Positions 52,836 through 61,954 of a stretch of DNA of 64,000 nucleotides are shown piece after piece; positions within the stretch are counted from its first letter, which is position 1, and each line of letters begins with the position of its first letter. The notes below the pieces were generated by a model, which was not told the origin of the DNA, ran no database searches, and saw nothing but the letters and a program-made list of their open reading frames with translations. Made by a program: the position numbers and the translations under genes. Source of the stretch: a virus; the IMG/VR virus record IMGVR_UViG_3300017991_000052; one strand, given 5' to 3'.

Positions 52836-53797
52836 AGCCGAGGGAAAATTGAGACTCGACGGAGTTTCGTAGCTGTTGACGGGCAGCGATAAGGGTGTTA
52901 GCCAGACACTTGGGGAAAGTAAGTCATCTTGTGTTTTAAGCAAGAGATTTATTTTAGCGGAGTGAGAATATATGAGTTCTCGCGTGTAGGCAATACTTAA
53001 TTTTGACAATTTAATAACAACGGCTTGAGATCGCGGAGTGCAGACTCAATGTGATCAAATCCGCAGAACTGAAACTAATGTGGACAAGCTAGAGCCTCTA
53101 ACTAGGAAGAGGACAAAGTGTTTGGTAGTTTCGCTATAGAAAACTACCTCTCACTTAATGAGGTGCTTATCTACCATGTGTAGATAGAGCTTCAGACGAC
53201 TTTATTAGTGTGAAAGAATTTTTGCTAATTATAGATGCATTAATTCTTCAAATTAGATGAAGATGTCTGCAAAAGAGCTTAGGTTTCAATGAGCCCAGGT
53301 GCGATATAAAAGTTCAACTTATTGTCTTTATATAAAGTACAATTAGATTAACTGCTTAAATAGGGACGCCTAGCCTGTACTAATAATATCTTAATATGTT
53401 ATGGATTTAACCCTCCTGTCTGGGTAGCGAGGTTGGTAAGGGATCGGTCATAACATTTTGCGCTATCACGAAGTTTGACAATAACTAGTGACTGAACAAC
53501 TCGCTATGCAGGTGTAAGGTACATTTTGGACCATCGCCCTTGAGGTAACTCTTGGGAGAGAGATGGTTACCCAGGCCGATCCGGTGAGGGAAAAACAAAG
53601 TGGTTCCGTGGCCAATAGTAGCAATACTACGATTTTGACATTTGGATGATGTTGACAATTTAGATTACTACTGCAGACGGCCATCAAGTTGAAGGACCAT
53701 GTACTTGTACGTCTTGCTTGACCTTCGGATTCAATGGGGAGGAAGCTTTCTGTTGAAAAGGGGGGAATGGCGGTATGAGTATAATTCTTTCCTTTTT
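52836..53797 (+). ncRNA. Large (~900-950 nt) structured non-coding RNA candidate
   Basis: No credible ORF, raised GC, >12 nested hairpins including GNRA loops (see findings); boundaries approximate. Confidence 0.7.
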
Positions 53798-53893
53798 ATT
53801 GTCGAACTCGTACTTAAAATGAGTACAAACGTACTCAATATGAGAACATTGATATATAGGCCACCAGGAGAATATATTCTAGGAGGTTTTACC

Positions 53894-54346
53894 ATGATAA
53901 GGGATTTAGTTCCATTCAATAATGGAAGCTTATTTAATGAGTTCCAGAACGAATTCGCAAAAATGGAGAAACTGATGAATAATATATTCTCAGATTCTGG
54001 TTCGTTCTTAGGAGTAGGGAAAGCAACATTCCCAAAGTATAATCTTATCGAGACAGATAATGATTATGTAATTGAAGTTGCGGCAGCTGGGTTAGGTAAA
54101 GAAGATCTTGAAGTAAGAGTTGATGATAATAAGTTAGTTATTCGAGGCAAGAAAAAATCTAAATATGATAATGCAAAATATCATATTAGAGAGTTAGCAA
54201 GTCGATCATTTGAGAAGAGAATTAATCTTCCATCGATCATTGACAAAGACAAGATCAAAGCAAAATTTGAGGAAGGTATCTTAGAGATAAATCTTCCAAA
54301 GGCAGAGAAAAATGAAGGGTCAGTTAGGCAAGTAACAATTAAGTAA
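53894..54346 (+). CDS. Small heat-shock protein (Hsp20/alpha-crystallin)
   Basis: FPKYNLIET, AAAGLGKEDL, FEKRINLP, AKFEEGILEINLPK; ATG after AGGAGG. Confidence 0.92.
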   Translation: MIRDLVPFNNGSLFNEFQNEFAKMEKLMNNIFSDSGSFLGVGKATFPKYNLIETDNDYVIEVAAAGLGKEDLEVRVDDNKLVIRGKKKSKYDNAKYHIRELASRSFEKRINLPSIIDKDKIKAKFEEGILEINLPKAEKNEGSVRQVTIK

Positions 54347-55171
54347 AAAGTTTACTCCTGGTGGTTTATTGTAAAAGAGAAGAAAATTGAGGTGAAAAAG
54401 TGAATCAAGAACTGACGTTCGAAGATTGGTATGATGAAGTAATTGCAATTGCAAGTTCCTTTGATTGGGACGATTATATGATACAAGAGAATTTACCAGA
54501 AGAAGAGCTAGCAATCATGTACGAACAAGGTTTCTCGCCAGAGAGAGTATTTTTGGACGAACTACGGAATCATATTTAATTGAGAGGTAACAATGACAGC
54601 ATTATTGGATGAGGAAAAAGCATTTTATATTAGAAATGGCATATCTGTCGGGGCTTTAGAAGATATGAGAAAATCATTTTATTTAGATAACATCTCTAAT
54701 CCTGACAGTTCAAAAACAAACGATGATCTTGAAGTTGAATGGTTAAAAGAAGAAAGTGGGATAACAGATACAAGCAGTGCTGAAGATATATGGAGATTAT
54801 GGCTTGTACCAACTTATGGGTCTAAAGCTGTAGAAGATCTTAAATTATTATATTATCAAAATAATTAGGAGCAAGTAATGGGCAGAGCATTAAACAGAAA
54901 ATTAGAAAAGTCAGTACATCATAATTATTATACAAAAAAATATAAGAGTGACAAAGCACGAAAATTTGCAAGGAGTTTATTGATAACTCCTCCAGTTAAA
55001 AATGAGGAGCTTGCTATAAAACAATGACAGTAGAATACCTTCCCCCAATTCCGGTATTAACGGGAAAAGCGGCGAAAGAATTCGAGAGAAAAATGAAGCA
55101 AGCATCTAAAAGAAAAGCTAAGTTATCTTTTAATGATCTGAAATTATTGAAAGAGATGTTGCAGTATACAA

Positions 55172-55381
55172 ATGAAAAGAAAGATACTGACTAATATTAA
55201 TATAGATTATCATTGCAGAAAAGATGATAAATTTTATTCGATAAGGCCTGATATTCCAGTAATTGTGCCTGATTATGTATGTGATTATTTATTAAATAAT
55301 TATAGAAACAATATGATATTGCTGGAAAAAAATTTGCGGGATATAAAAATAAAAGAAGAAATATACAATCAGAGTTTATAA
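55172..55381 (+). CDS. Hypothetical; tag IYNQSL
   Basis: ends EEIYNQSL. Confidence 0.6.
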   Translation: MKRKILTNINIDYHCRKDDKFYSIRPDIPVIVPDYVCDYLLNNYRNNMILLEKNLRDIKIKEEIYNQSL

Positions 55382-57365
55382 ATGACCGAATTCAATACAA
55401 ATAAATTATATGATTACATAAAAGATTATTGTTTTGATGAATGTGTTTTTATGAAAAATTCTTCTAAGTATCATGAATGTGATAATAAAGATTGCCAATT
55501 ATGGGCTTTTCTACAATATGTTAATAAAAGAGAAGGGGGAAGTAAATGAGAAGCATGCAAGAAGTACAACTTGAGCGACATAAAATTGATATGGAAATTG
55601 GTGCAATATTAGTAAGCTTAAATAAATTAAAGACAAGGAGATCAGAATTAGAACTTGAAGTTTTGCAGATTCAACAACAAATGATTACTGAAGCTGTAAA
55701 AAAACAAAAAGAAGGGACATCAGACAATGGACCTAAAGTTGATAAGAATTAAAATATTGCAAGATAAACAAGAAGAACTTTTAAAGAAGAAATTAGAGGT
55801 TGAAATTAATAGTCGTTTACAGGGTAAGTTAGAGATCTTTAAGAACCCTGAAATAAGTAATATTGATAAGCAATTAGCAATTATTGCAGAGATGTTAAAT
55901 GAAGTCCCGAAAAAGATCGAAAAATAATATTCAAAGATATGGTGTTTGTAGTTTATGTGGGAAGAGATTTATTACCGCTGAAATTGATTTGAACACGAAC
56001 ATAGTGACATTTATACGAAACTTTTGGAATCCCGAAATTTGTCCTAGTTGTAAGAGGAAGAGAAAATGAAAAACAACACCGCTGATCGAGATATAGAATG
56101 TCTATATTGTACTAGAAAACAAAAATGTACTTTTGCGAAGAGTATTAGTTTTTTAGAAAATGAACTAGGCTATGGGGTAGAATGCTGGCTTCGACAAGGG
56201 CCAGATGAGACATTTACTGGTTTTCATGAACTTAAAATATTTAGTGCGGCAGAAAGGGGGGTTTTAGTAAGGCTTCCGTACTGGCGTCACCAATATAATC
56301 CTCAAAGGGATTTAGTGATTGAACAAAACGCAGTAAATTAAAGTAAGGCGGTGTATAAGTGGTAGATTTTTCTAAAGCCCACTATTTAGTGGAAGGGTAT
56401 ATAGACCCTACCATGTTGAATATTAATTTAAGTGACATGGGGTTAAAAGAGACCGATTGGACTGTTAAATCAAGTCAATTAGATCATAATGAAGAAGAAG
56501 GATTTTATCGATTAGAGGTTATTTTACATAGTCAAAAGAGAGTAAAATTAGTTAATAATTTTAGTAATGAATATATATATGAAATTGGTGATGAAACAGA
56601 AAAAAAATATATATTGAATACAAAGAAGATGCCGACAGTAGATAATGTAGAACAATTTTCAAGAAAGATCGTGAATAGTGCGATCTTAGATTATAATAAG
56701 TATATTTGTAATGGAGGATAAAATGCAAAAAGTAATAGGAAGAGTGAAGTTTAATAATGAAATATTATTAGATGCTGGCGAAATGAAAGTTGATTTAAGA
56801 CAAAAAGCTGCTGAAGGTATATTTGAGATACACAAAAATTTTGTAGTAATCCCAAAAGAAAATAAAATCACTAAGTCAGATATTCATGTTCCCATGAGCA
56901 ATGTCTCATCGATACAGATAAATCAAGTATTAGAAGGAAAGGCGAATGAGCATTTATCAACTTAAAACTGATATTGTTAATAAGATCACAGAGAAATATA
57001 AAGGAAAATCTGAAGATCCAAATTTAGTTTCAGCTGTGAGATCAGACACGACAGCGCTATTAACAAATGCTCAAAAAAATGGTATAATAAGAACATTTGA
57101 AAATGTATATGTTCGAAAAACGAGTAGAGGAACAGTACAAATACGTGTGAGATTATATCCAAACTTCCTGGGGGCATTAGTAAAACTTGACTTCGAAGTA
57201 GGGATATAATGAATAATAATGAATTACAACCTTTAGATTTAGGTACTAAAAAAAGACTGGCGTTATTGGGAATAAGTAATGTTGGTGATAAGTTCGACGA
57301 AATGGTCGACTTTTGTAATGGTTTTATAAACAATTTTAAAAGAGCAGTTCAAGTAATGGAGGAAC

Positions 57366-57929
57366 ATGAAAGTGGTAGTGATAGTGGATTTGGAAGCAAC
57401 TTGTTGGGAAAACAAAAAGGAAACTTCCGAAGTAATTGAAATAGGAGCTATTAAAATTGACAAAGAAGGAAACAAAAAAGAGTTCCAAGCATTTGTCAGA
57501 CCTATTATTAATCCTATTCTCTCTGATTTCTGCAAACAGTTGACAGGAATAAATCAGAGTGATGTAGATAAGGCTGAAACATTTGATAAAGTGGCAGCGG
57601 ATTTTATAGAATTTGTTGGCACTAGTCGTGTATATAGCTGGGGTTATTATGATAAGAATCAATTAATGAAAGATTGTCATAGGAATAAGATTGCGTGGCA
57701 GTTCGATCATACAAGCTTAAAGCATGAGTTTGCTAAACTAAAAAAAATAAAACCATGCGGAATTATAGGAGCACTAAAAATGTTGGATATGAGCTTTGAA
57801 GGTGCACACCACAGAGGTATTGACGATGTTCGCAATATCTTTAAGGTGTACAAACGAATAAAGGAGAGTTTACCTTGGTATGCATATACCACCGTAAATA
57901 CTTTTGCGCCTATAGCTCAGTCAGGCTAG
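57366..57929 (+). CDS. DEDDh 3'-5' exonuclease (ERI-1/KapD-like)
   Basis: VDLEATC, EVIEIGA, LSDFCKQLTGI, HHRGIDD. Confidence 0.9.
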   Translation: MKVVVIVDLEATCWENKKETSEVIEIGAIKIDKEGNKKEFQAFVRPIINPILSDFCKQLTGINQSDVDKAETFDKVAADFIEFVGTSRVYSWGYYDKNQLMKDCHRNKIAWQFDHTSLKHEFAKLKKIKPCGIIGALKMLDMSFEGAHHRGIDDVRNIFKVYKRIKESLPWYAYTTVNTFAPIAQSG

Positions 57930-57980
57930 AGCATTCGACTTTTAATCGGAGGGTCCTGGGTTCGAATCCCAGTGGGCGCA
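57906..57980 (+). tRNA. tRNA-Lys(UUU)
   Basis: TTCGA-CTTTTAA-TCGGA; no CCA. Confidence 0.95.
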
Positions 57981-57994
57981 CCCAGAAATAGAAT

Positions 57995-58071
57995 GCTCCT
58001 GTAGCTCAGTTGGTAGAGCAGCCGCCTTGTAAGCGGCGGGTCGGCGGGTTCAAATCCCCCCGGGAGCTCCA
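57995..58071 (+). tRNA. tRNA-Thr(UGU)
   Basis: GCCGC-CTTGTAA-GCGGC; CCA. Confidence 0.95.
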
Positions 58072-58077
58072 TCACTT

Positions 58078-58149
58078 TGTGGTGTAGCTCAATGGCAGAG
58101 CACCTCGCTGTTAACGAGGCTGTTGTAGGTTCGAGTCCTACCACCACAG
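58078..58149 (+). tRNA. tRNA-Asn(GUU)
   Basis: CCTCG-CTGTTAA-CGAGG; no CCA. Confidence 0.95.
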
Positions 58150-58729
58150 CTAAGAAATAATATGAATATATTAGAATTAATGGATGATTATACAAAAGAA
58201 TGTGCAAAAGCCGGTCTTAAAGTGATGGAAAAAAATGATATAGCTGAAAAATTGAAAAAATGTATTAGAGCGTCATATGATAGGGCTATAGAGATAGAGA
58301 AAGAATTAAGTGGGGGAAATGATAAATCTGGAAACGGCGAATTTTATGGATAAAGTTCATCATCTTAAGAAAAAAGGCGCCAAGATAGAATGGGGAGGTA
58401 AAAATCTTTTTGATCTTCCAATGAATGAGATGAGAAAAGTAATAGAAGGGCAGGGAAAAGATATACATTACTTTCATTTAATATTAGAAAACATGTGTAA
58501 GTGGGTGAAATGATTTTTAGTGTACCGATAGATAAATCAATAAAGAAAACTTTGAGGCGGATGAGACAATTTGCAAAAGAATTAAGTGGAGATGAAAAGA
58601 AAGCAGAACAATTTTTAAAAGATGTCGGGCTTTTAACTAAGAAAGGTAATTTAAGTTCGCATTATTATGATAAGCAAACAATTAACAAAGCTTATTATGA
58701 GAAAAGAAAAAAAGAAAAGGAAGCAAAAA

Positions 58730-59485
58730 GTGAAAGGGATAGTATTAGCAGGGGGATTAGGAACGAGGATGGGATTAGTTACGCAAAGAGTAACTAATAA
58801 ACATTGTCTTCCGGTCTATGATAAACCAATGATCTTATATCCAATTAATACATTGGTTGATGCTGGCCTTACTGATATATGTGTAGTTACTGGAGGCCGT
58901 TATAAGGGACACATAATGGACTTGCTCGGTGATGGAAAAGAATTTGGATGTAATATTACTTATGCATTTCAATATGGTGAAGGTGGGATCGCTGATGCTT
59001 TGAATAAAGCGAAGCCATTTGTACAAGATCCATATGGGAGTATAGCAGTAATATTAGGAGATAACGTATTCGAATCATTTGATCTAAAAAGTATAGTGAA
59101 GAACTTTGCTCAGCAGTCAGAAGAGAGTAAGGCATTTGCGAGAGCTATGGTGTTCTTAAAAGAAGTTGAAGACCCTCATAGATTTGGTGTTGCAATAGCT
59201 GAGAATAGTTATGTTAAAGAAATACAAGAAAAACCTAAACGACCAAAGAGTAATTTAGCAGTGACTGGTTTATATTTATATGATTGTACTATTTGGAATC
59301 GCATAGAACAATGTGAGCCCTCAAAAAGAGGGGAATTAGAGATTACTGATGTAAACAATTCTTATGTTAAGCAAGATGCATTGCAATATAAAACAGTCGA
59401 TGGATTTTGGTCAGATGCTGGAACTCCCGATAGTTTAATAAAGTGTTCACAATGGGTGAGAGATAATGGAAAGAAAATTAGCTAA
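58730..59485 (+). CDS. Sugar-1-phosphate nucleotidyltransferase (RmlA/SpsI-like)
   Basis: GIVLAGGLGTR, NKHCLPVYDKPMI, ILGDN, EKP, RGELEITD, WSDAGT; GTG start. Confidence 0.9.
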   Translation: MKGIVLAGGLGTRMGLVTQRVTNKHCLPVYDKPMILYPINTLVDAGLTDICVVTGGRYKGHIMDLLGDGKEFGCNITYAFQYGEGGIADALNKAKPFVQDPYGSIAVILGDNVFESFDLKSIVKNFAQQSEESKAFARAMVFLKEVEDPHRFGVAIAENSYVKEIQEKPKRPKSNLAVTGLYLYDCTIWNRIEQCEPSKRGELEITDVNNSYVKQDALQYKTVDGFWSDAGTPDSLIKCSQWVRDNGKKIS

Positions 59486-59872
59486 TAAATTAATAAAGAA
59501 ATATAAGTTCTTACAAAAAAAGATAAAAGACCCTTATCCTTATGTTTTATTTGGTATAGAATGTGGGGATGGTTGGTATAAATTACTAGATAACTTATCA
59601 AGTAAGATCAAAAAAGAATTAGAGAAAGATAAGAAACTTAAGAAGAACTTTTATGTGACACAGATAAAAGAGAAATTTGGCGGATTAAGATTTTATATAT
59701 CTTATGGCAATGATAAAATATTTAAATTAATACGAAAAGCAGAAGATGATTCATTTGATATTTGTGAATCATGTGGCGAAAAAGGAAAATTAATTAATTA
59801 CAGAGGTTGGTATATAACTCTTTGTAAAAAATGTAAAAAAAAGTATGAGGCTGAGCATAAATAGCCCACTAT

Positions 59873-59950
59873 GGTGGGCGTAGCTCAAATGGTTAGAGCT
59901 CTTGACTGTGAATCAAGAGGTTGCCAGTTCGAATCTGGTCGCTCACCCCA
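59873..59950 (+). tRNA. tRNA-His(GUG)
   Basis: G-1:C73, CTTGA-CTGTGAA-TCAAG; CCA. Confidence 0.95.
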
Positions 59951-59952
59951 AA

Positions 59953-60005
59953 GTTTACAATATAATAGAAAAATGGTTTACAATAGTTTACAATAATGAT
60001 ATAAT
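59953..60005 (+). promoter_or_regulatory. Sigma70-like promoter with three GTTTACAAT repeats
   Basis: TTTACA(59977)-N17(TG)-TATAAT(60000); repeats at 59953, 59976, 59986. Confidence 0.6.
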
Positions 60006-60438
60006 GTAATTGGTTCTTTGATATATATGCCAAGCCATGCTATGAAAGGTAAAGCAATGAAAAGCCAACCAATTACTGACAAAGTTATGCTAGAAGTTTG
60101 TAGAGAAAATGATGTTGATGATTTACTTGAAAGAGTAAGTTATAGGGGGAAAGACTTATTTGAAATAAGCGATAAGTCTGGTAAAACAACTTCACTATTT
60201 AGGGATGAGGTTTATAAATTAAGAGATCTTATTTTAAATTATAAACCAGCAATTGAAGATGATTCCCCAATTGAATTAGTAGAAGATGCAATTACTAAAT
60301 TTGCAGAATTTGTTTATGGTGGATCTGGTAGATCTTTTTATTTCATTGGAGAAATAATGAAAGAATTTAAAGATTTACATAAGATTCTGTACGGATAAAG
60401 CAATAAGTGCTTAGGCATATATATCACCTAAAAAATAT

Positions 60439-60512
60439 GGGTCTGTAGCTCAGGTGGTCAGAGCGTTCGGCTCATAACCGAAAGGTCGGTGGTTCAAGCC
60501 CATCCGGACCTA
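60439..60512 (+). tRNA. tRNA-CAU elongator (Ile2-like or Met)
   Basis: TTCGG-CTCATAA-CCGAA; no CCA. Confidence 0.9.
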
Positions 60513-60798
60513 CAAAGTTAAGGGGGAATAAAATGGGCAAAGAAGATAAGATACGATATGAATGTAAAGAATGCGGAGAGAAGTTTTATTCAGATGCACC
60601 AGTGATCGATTTAGAATGTCCAAAATGTACAGCAATACACGTTTCTCCAATATTCCCTGGAGAAGAGAAGGAATAAGAAAGGATGAATAATATACTCTAT
60701 ATGTTGTATTCATATTACCCCTTAAGTAATTAAGGGAGTAGGCTGAGTGTGACATATAGATTATATTATTTGACATAAAACACTCAGCTTAAAATAGA

Positions 60799-60874
60799 CT
60801 GGGTGTAGCTCAATTGGTAGAGTGCCTGTTTTGGGAACAGGAAGTTGCGAGTTCAAGTCTCGCCATCCAGACCA
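60799..60874 (+). tRNA. tRNA-Pro(UGG)
   Basis: CCTGT-TTTGGGA-ACAGG; CCA. Confidence 0.95.
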
Positions 60875-60881
60875 TGAAAAT

Positions 60882-60970
60882 GGAGCGGCGGCGAAGATTG
60901 GCGAGTCGCACCTGACTGTAAATCAGGCGGCCCTCGGCCTTAGTGAGTTCGAATCTCACCTGCTCCACCA
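60882..60970 (+). tRNA. tRNA-Tyr(GUA)
   Basis: CCTGA-CTGTAAA-TCAGG; long variable arm; CCA. Confidence 0.95.
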
Positions 60971-60971
60971 A

Positions 60972-61045
60972 AGGAGCGTAGCCTAACTGGCAACGGCGAC
61001 TGGCTTAGACCCAGTAGAGTGTGAGTTCGAATCTCACCGCTCCTA
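60972..61045 (+). tRNA. tRNA-Leu(UAG), short variable loop
   Basis: ACTGG-CTTAGAC-CCAGT; A73; no CCA. Confidence 0.85.
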
Positions 61046-61053
61046 CAAAGAAT

Positions 61054-61128
61054 GGGAGCGTAGACCAATTTGGCAGAGTCACTAGGTTTAAGCCCTAGGT
61101 GTTGAGAGTTCGAATCTCTCCGCTCCCA
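61054..61128 (+). tRNA. tRNA-Leu(UAA), short variable loop
   Basis: CTAGG-TTTAAGC-CCTAG; A73; no CCA. Confidence 0.85.
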
Positions 61129-61133
61129 CAGAT

Positions 61134-61224
61134 GGAGAAGTGGCAGAGCGGCTGATTGCGACTCCTCGCTAAGGAGTTGAGTTCATAAAGAGCTCCGAAG
61201 GTTCGAATCCTTCCTTCTCCGCCA
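61134..61224 (+). tRNA. tRNA-Ser(GCU)
   Basis: ACTCC-TCGCTAA-GGAGT; C33; long arm; CCA. Confidence 0.9.
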
Positions 61225-61225
61225 T

Positions 61226-61312
61226 GGAGGCGTGGCAGAGTGGATGATCGCACCTGTCTTGAAAACAGGAGAGTCTTCACGGGCTCCGTAGGTTCGAATC
61301 CTACCGCCTCCG
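61226..61312 (+). tRNA. tRNA-Ser(UGA)
   Basis: CCTGT-CTTGAAA-ACAGG; long arm; no CCA. Confidence 0.95.
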
Positions 61313-61330
61313 CAGGGATTGGGGGATAAT

Positions 61331-61954
61331 ATGATGAAGAAATTTTTCGCGTCATTATTATTGTTTTTATTTCTCAGTACATTATCATTCTCAGCTTATA
61401 AAGAAAGAATAATTATACAGTTTGACAGAATGAAAAAATTACCTAGTCATTGGTGGGTATTTGATAATATTAAATGCCACTTTGAAGAATCAACAAACCC
61501 AATAGCTGGTAAAAAGTTTTTAAGAATAAGTGGTCAAGCAGAAGATTGGTATGTTGGTGGATGTGGAGCTTACATAGTAGAAGATTGTACAGGGTTTAAT
61601 TCAATAGAGTTCATGATTAGAGGGTATGGAGACGATTGTGGTAGAATAAAGATCCAGTTATTTGATGATGATAATAACAATGCCCAAATAGAACAAGATA
61701 AGAATTTTAATCCAATAAATGATGATCGATGGGAATATGAATTAAGAGTAGAATGGAATGGTTGGGAAAAATATACAATAAATTTTGATGAATTTACAGA
61801 TACAAATCCTGGAATTGGTAATGATAAATTCGACCCTTATAAGACATGGAATTCTGGTGGGTTAGTACAAATGCAGTTAATATTTATTGCTCCTACAGAA
61901 AAAGGAAAGATTTACCCGGGGATAGGGGCAGTGAGATTAGTTAATGTCGAATAA
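61331..61954 (+). CDS. Secreted carbohydrate-binding-module (CBM11-like) protein
   Basis: Signal peptide MMKKFFASLLLF..SFSA; GFNSIEFMIRG, WNGWEKYTINFDEF. Confidence 0.55.
   Translation: MMKKFFASLLLFLFLSTLSFSAYKERIIIQFDRMKKLPSHWWVFDNIKCHFEESTNPIAGKKFLRISGQAEDWYVGGCGAYIVEDCTGFNSIEFMIRGYGDDCGRIKIQLFDDDNNNAQIEQDKNFNPINDDRWEYELRVEWNGWEKYTINFDEFTDTNPGIGNDKFDPYKTWNSGGLVQMQLIFIAPTEKGKIYPGIGAVRLVNVE

Larger units (their letters stand above)
42937..52837 (+). other. Array of ~35 small accessory ORFs, 26 ending in the [ILVF]x[DNE][EQ]S[ILVM] tag or a close variant
   Basis: Tagged ORFs start at 42937,43185,43436,43683,44928,45274,45612,45873,46280,46566,46736,47008,47303,47830,48015,48402,48761,49255,49374,49678,50118,50733,50942,51750,52233,52457. 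Confidence 0.9.

Noticed and set aside
42937-52837. The ES[IL] ending as a by-product of a nucleotide coupling signal (GAAAGTATATGA) or a cassette recombination site
   Set aside because: Many cases use TCN serine codons or TAA/TAG stops with no ATGA overlap (5022, 10995, 43642, 43874, 45296, 45860, 49658, 50459, 52837). The -5 hydrophobic residue is conserved, and coupled genes elsewhere lack the motif. Coupling may still contribute to the frequent ATA/TTA last codon.
53025-53275. Group I intron core (AATCCGCAG, TTCAGACGACT resemble Q and R elements)
   Set aside because: These segments fold into local hairpins, no convincing S element or P7 was found, and no interrupted gene flanks the region; a covariance-model search is needed to exclude it fully.
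53820-53838. HspR HAIR operator before Hsp20
   Set aside because: TGAGT/ACTCA arms are spaced by 8 nt rather than 7 and the flanks differ; not supportable.
53699-53893. N-terminal extension of Hsp20
   Set aside because: Overlaps the structured RNA end; the AGGAGG SD supports ATG 53894.
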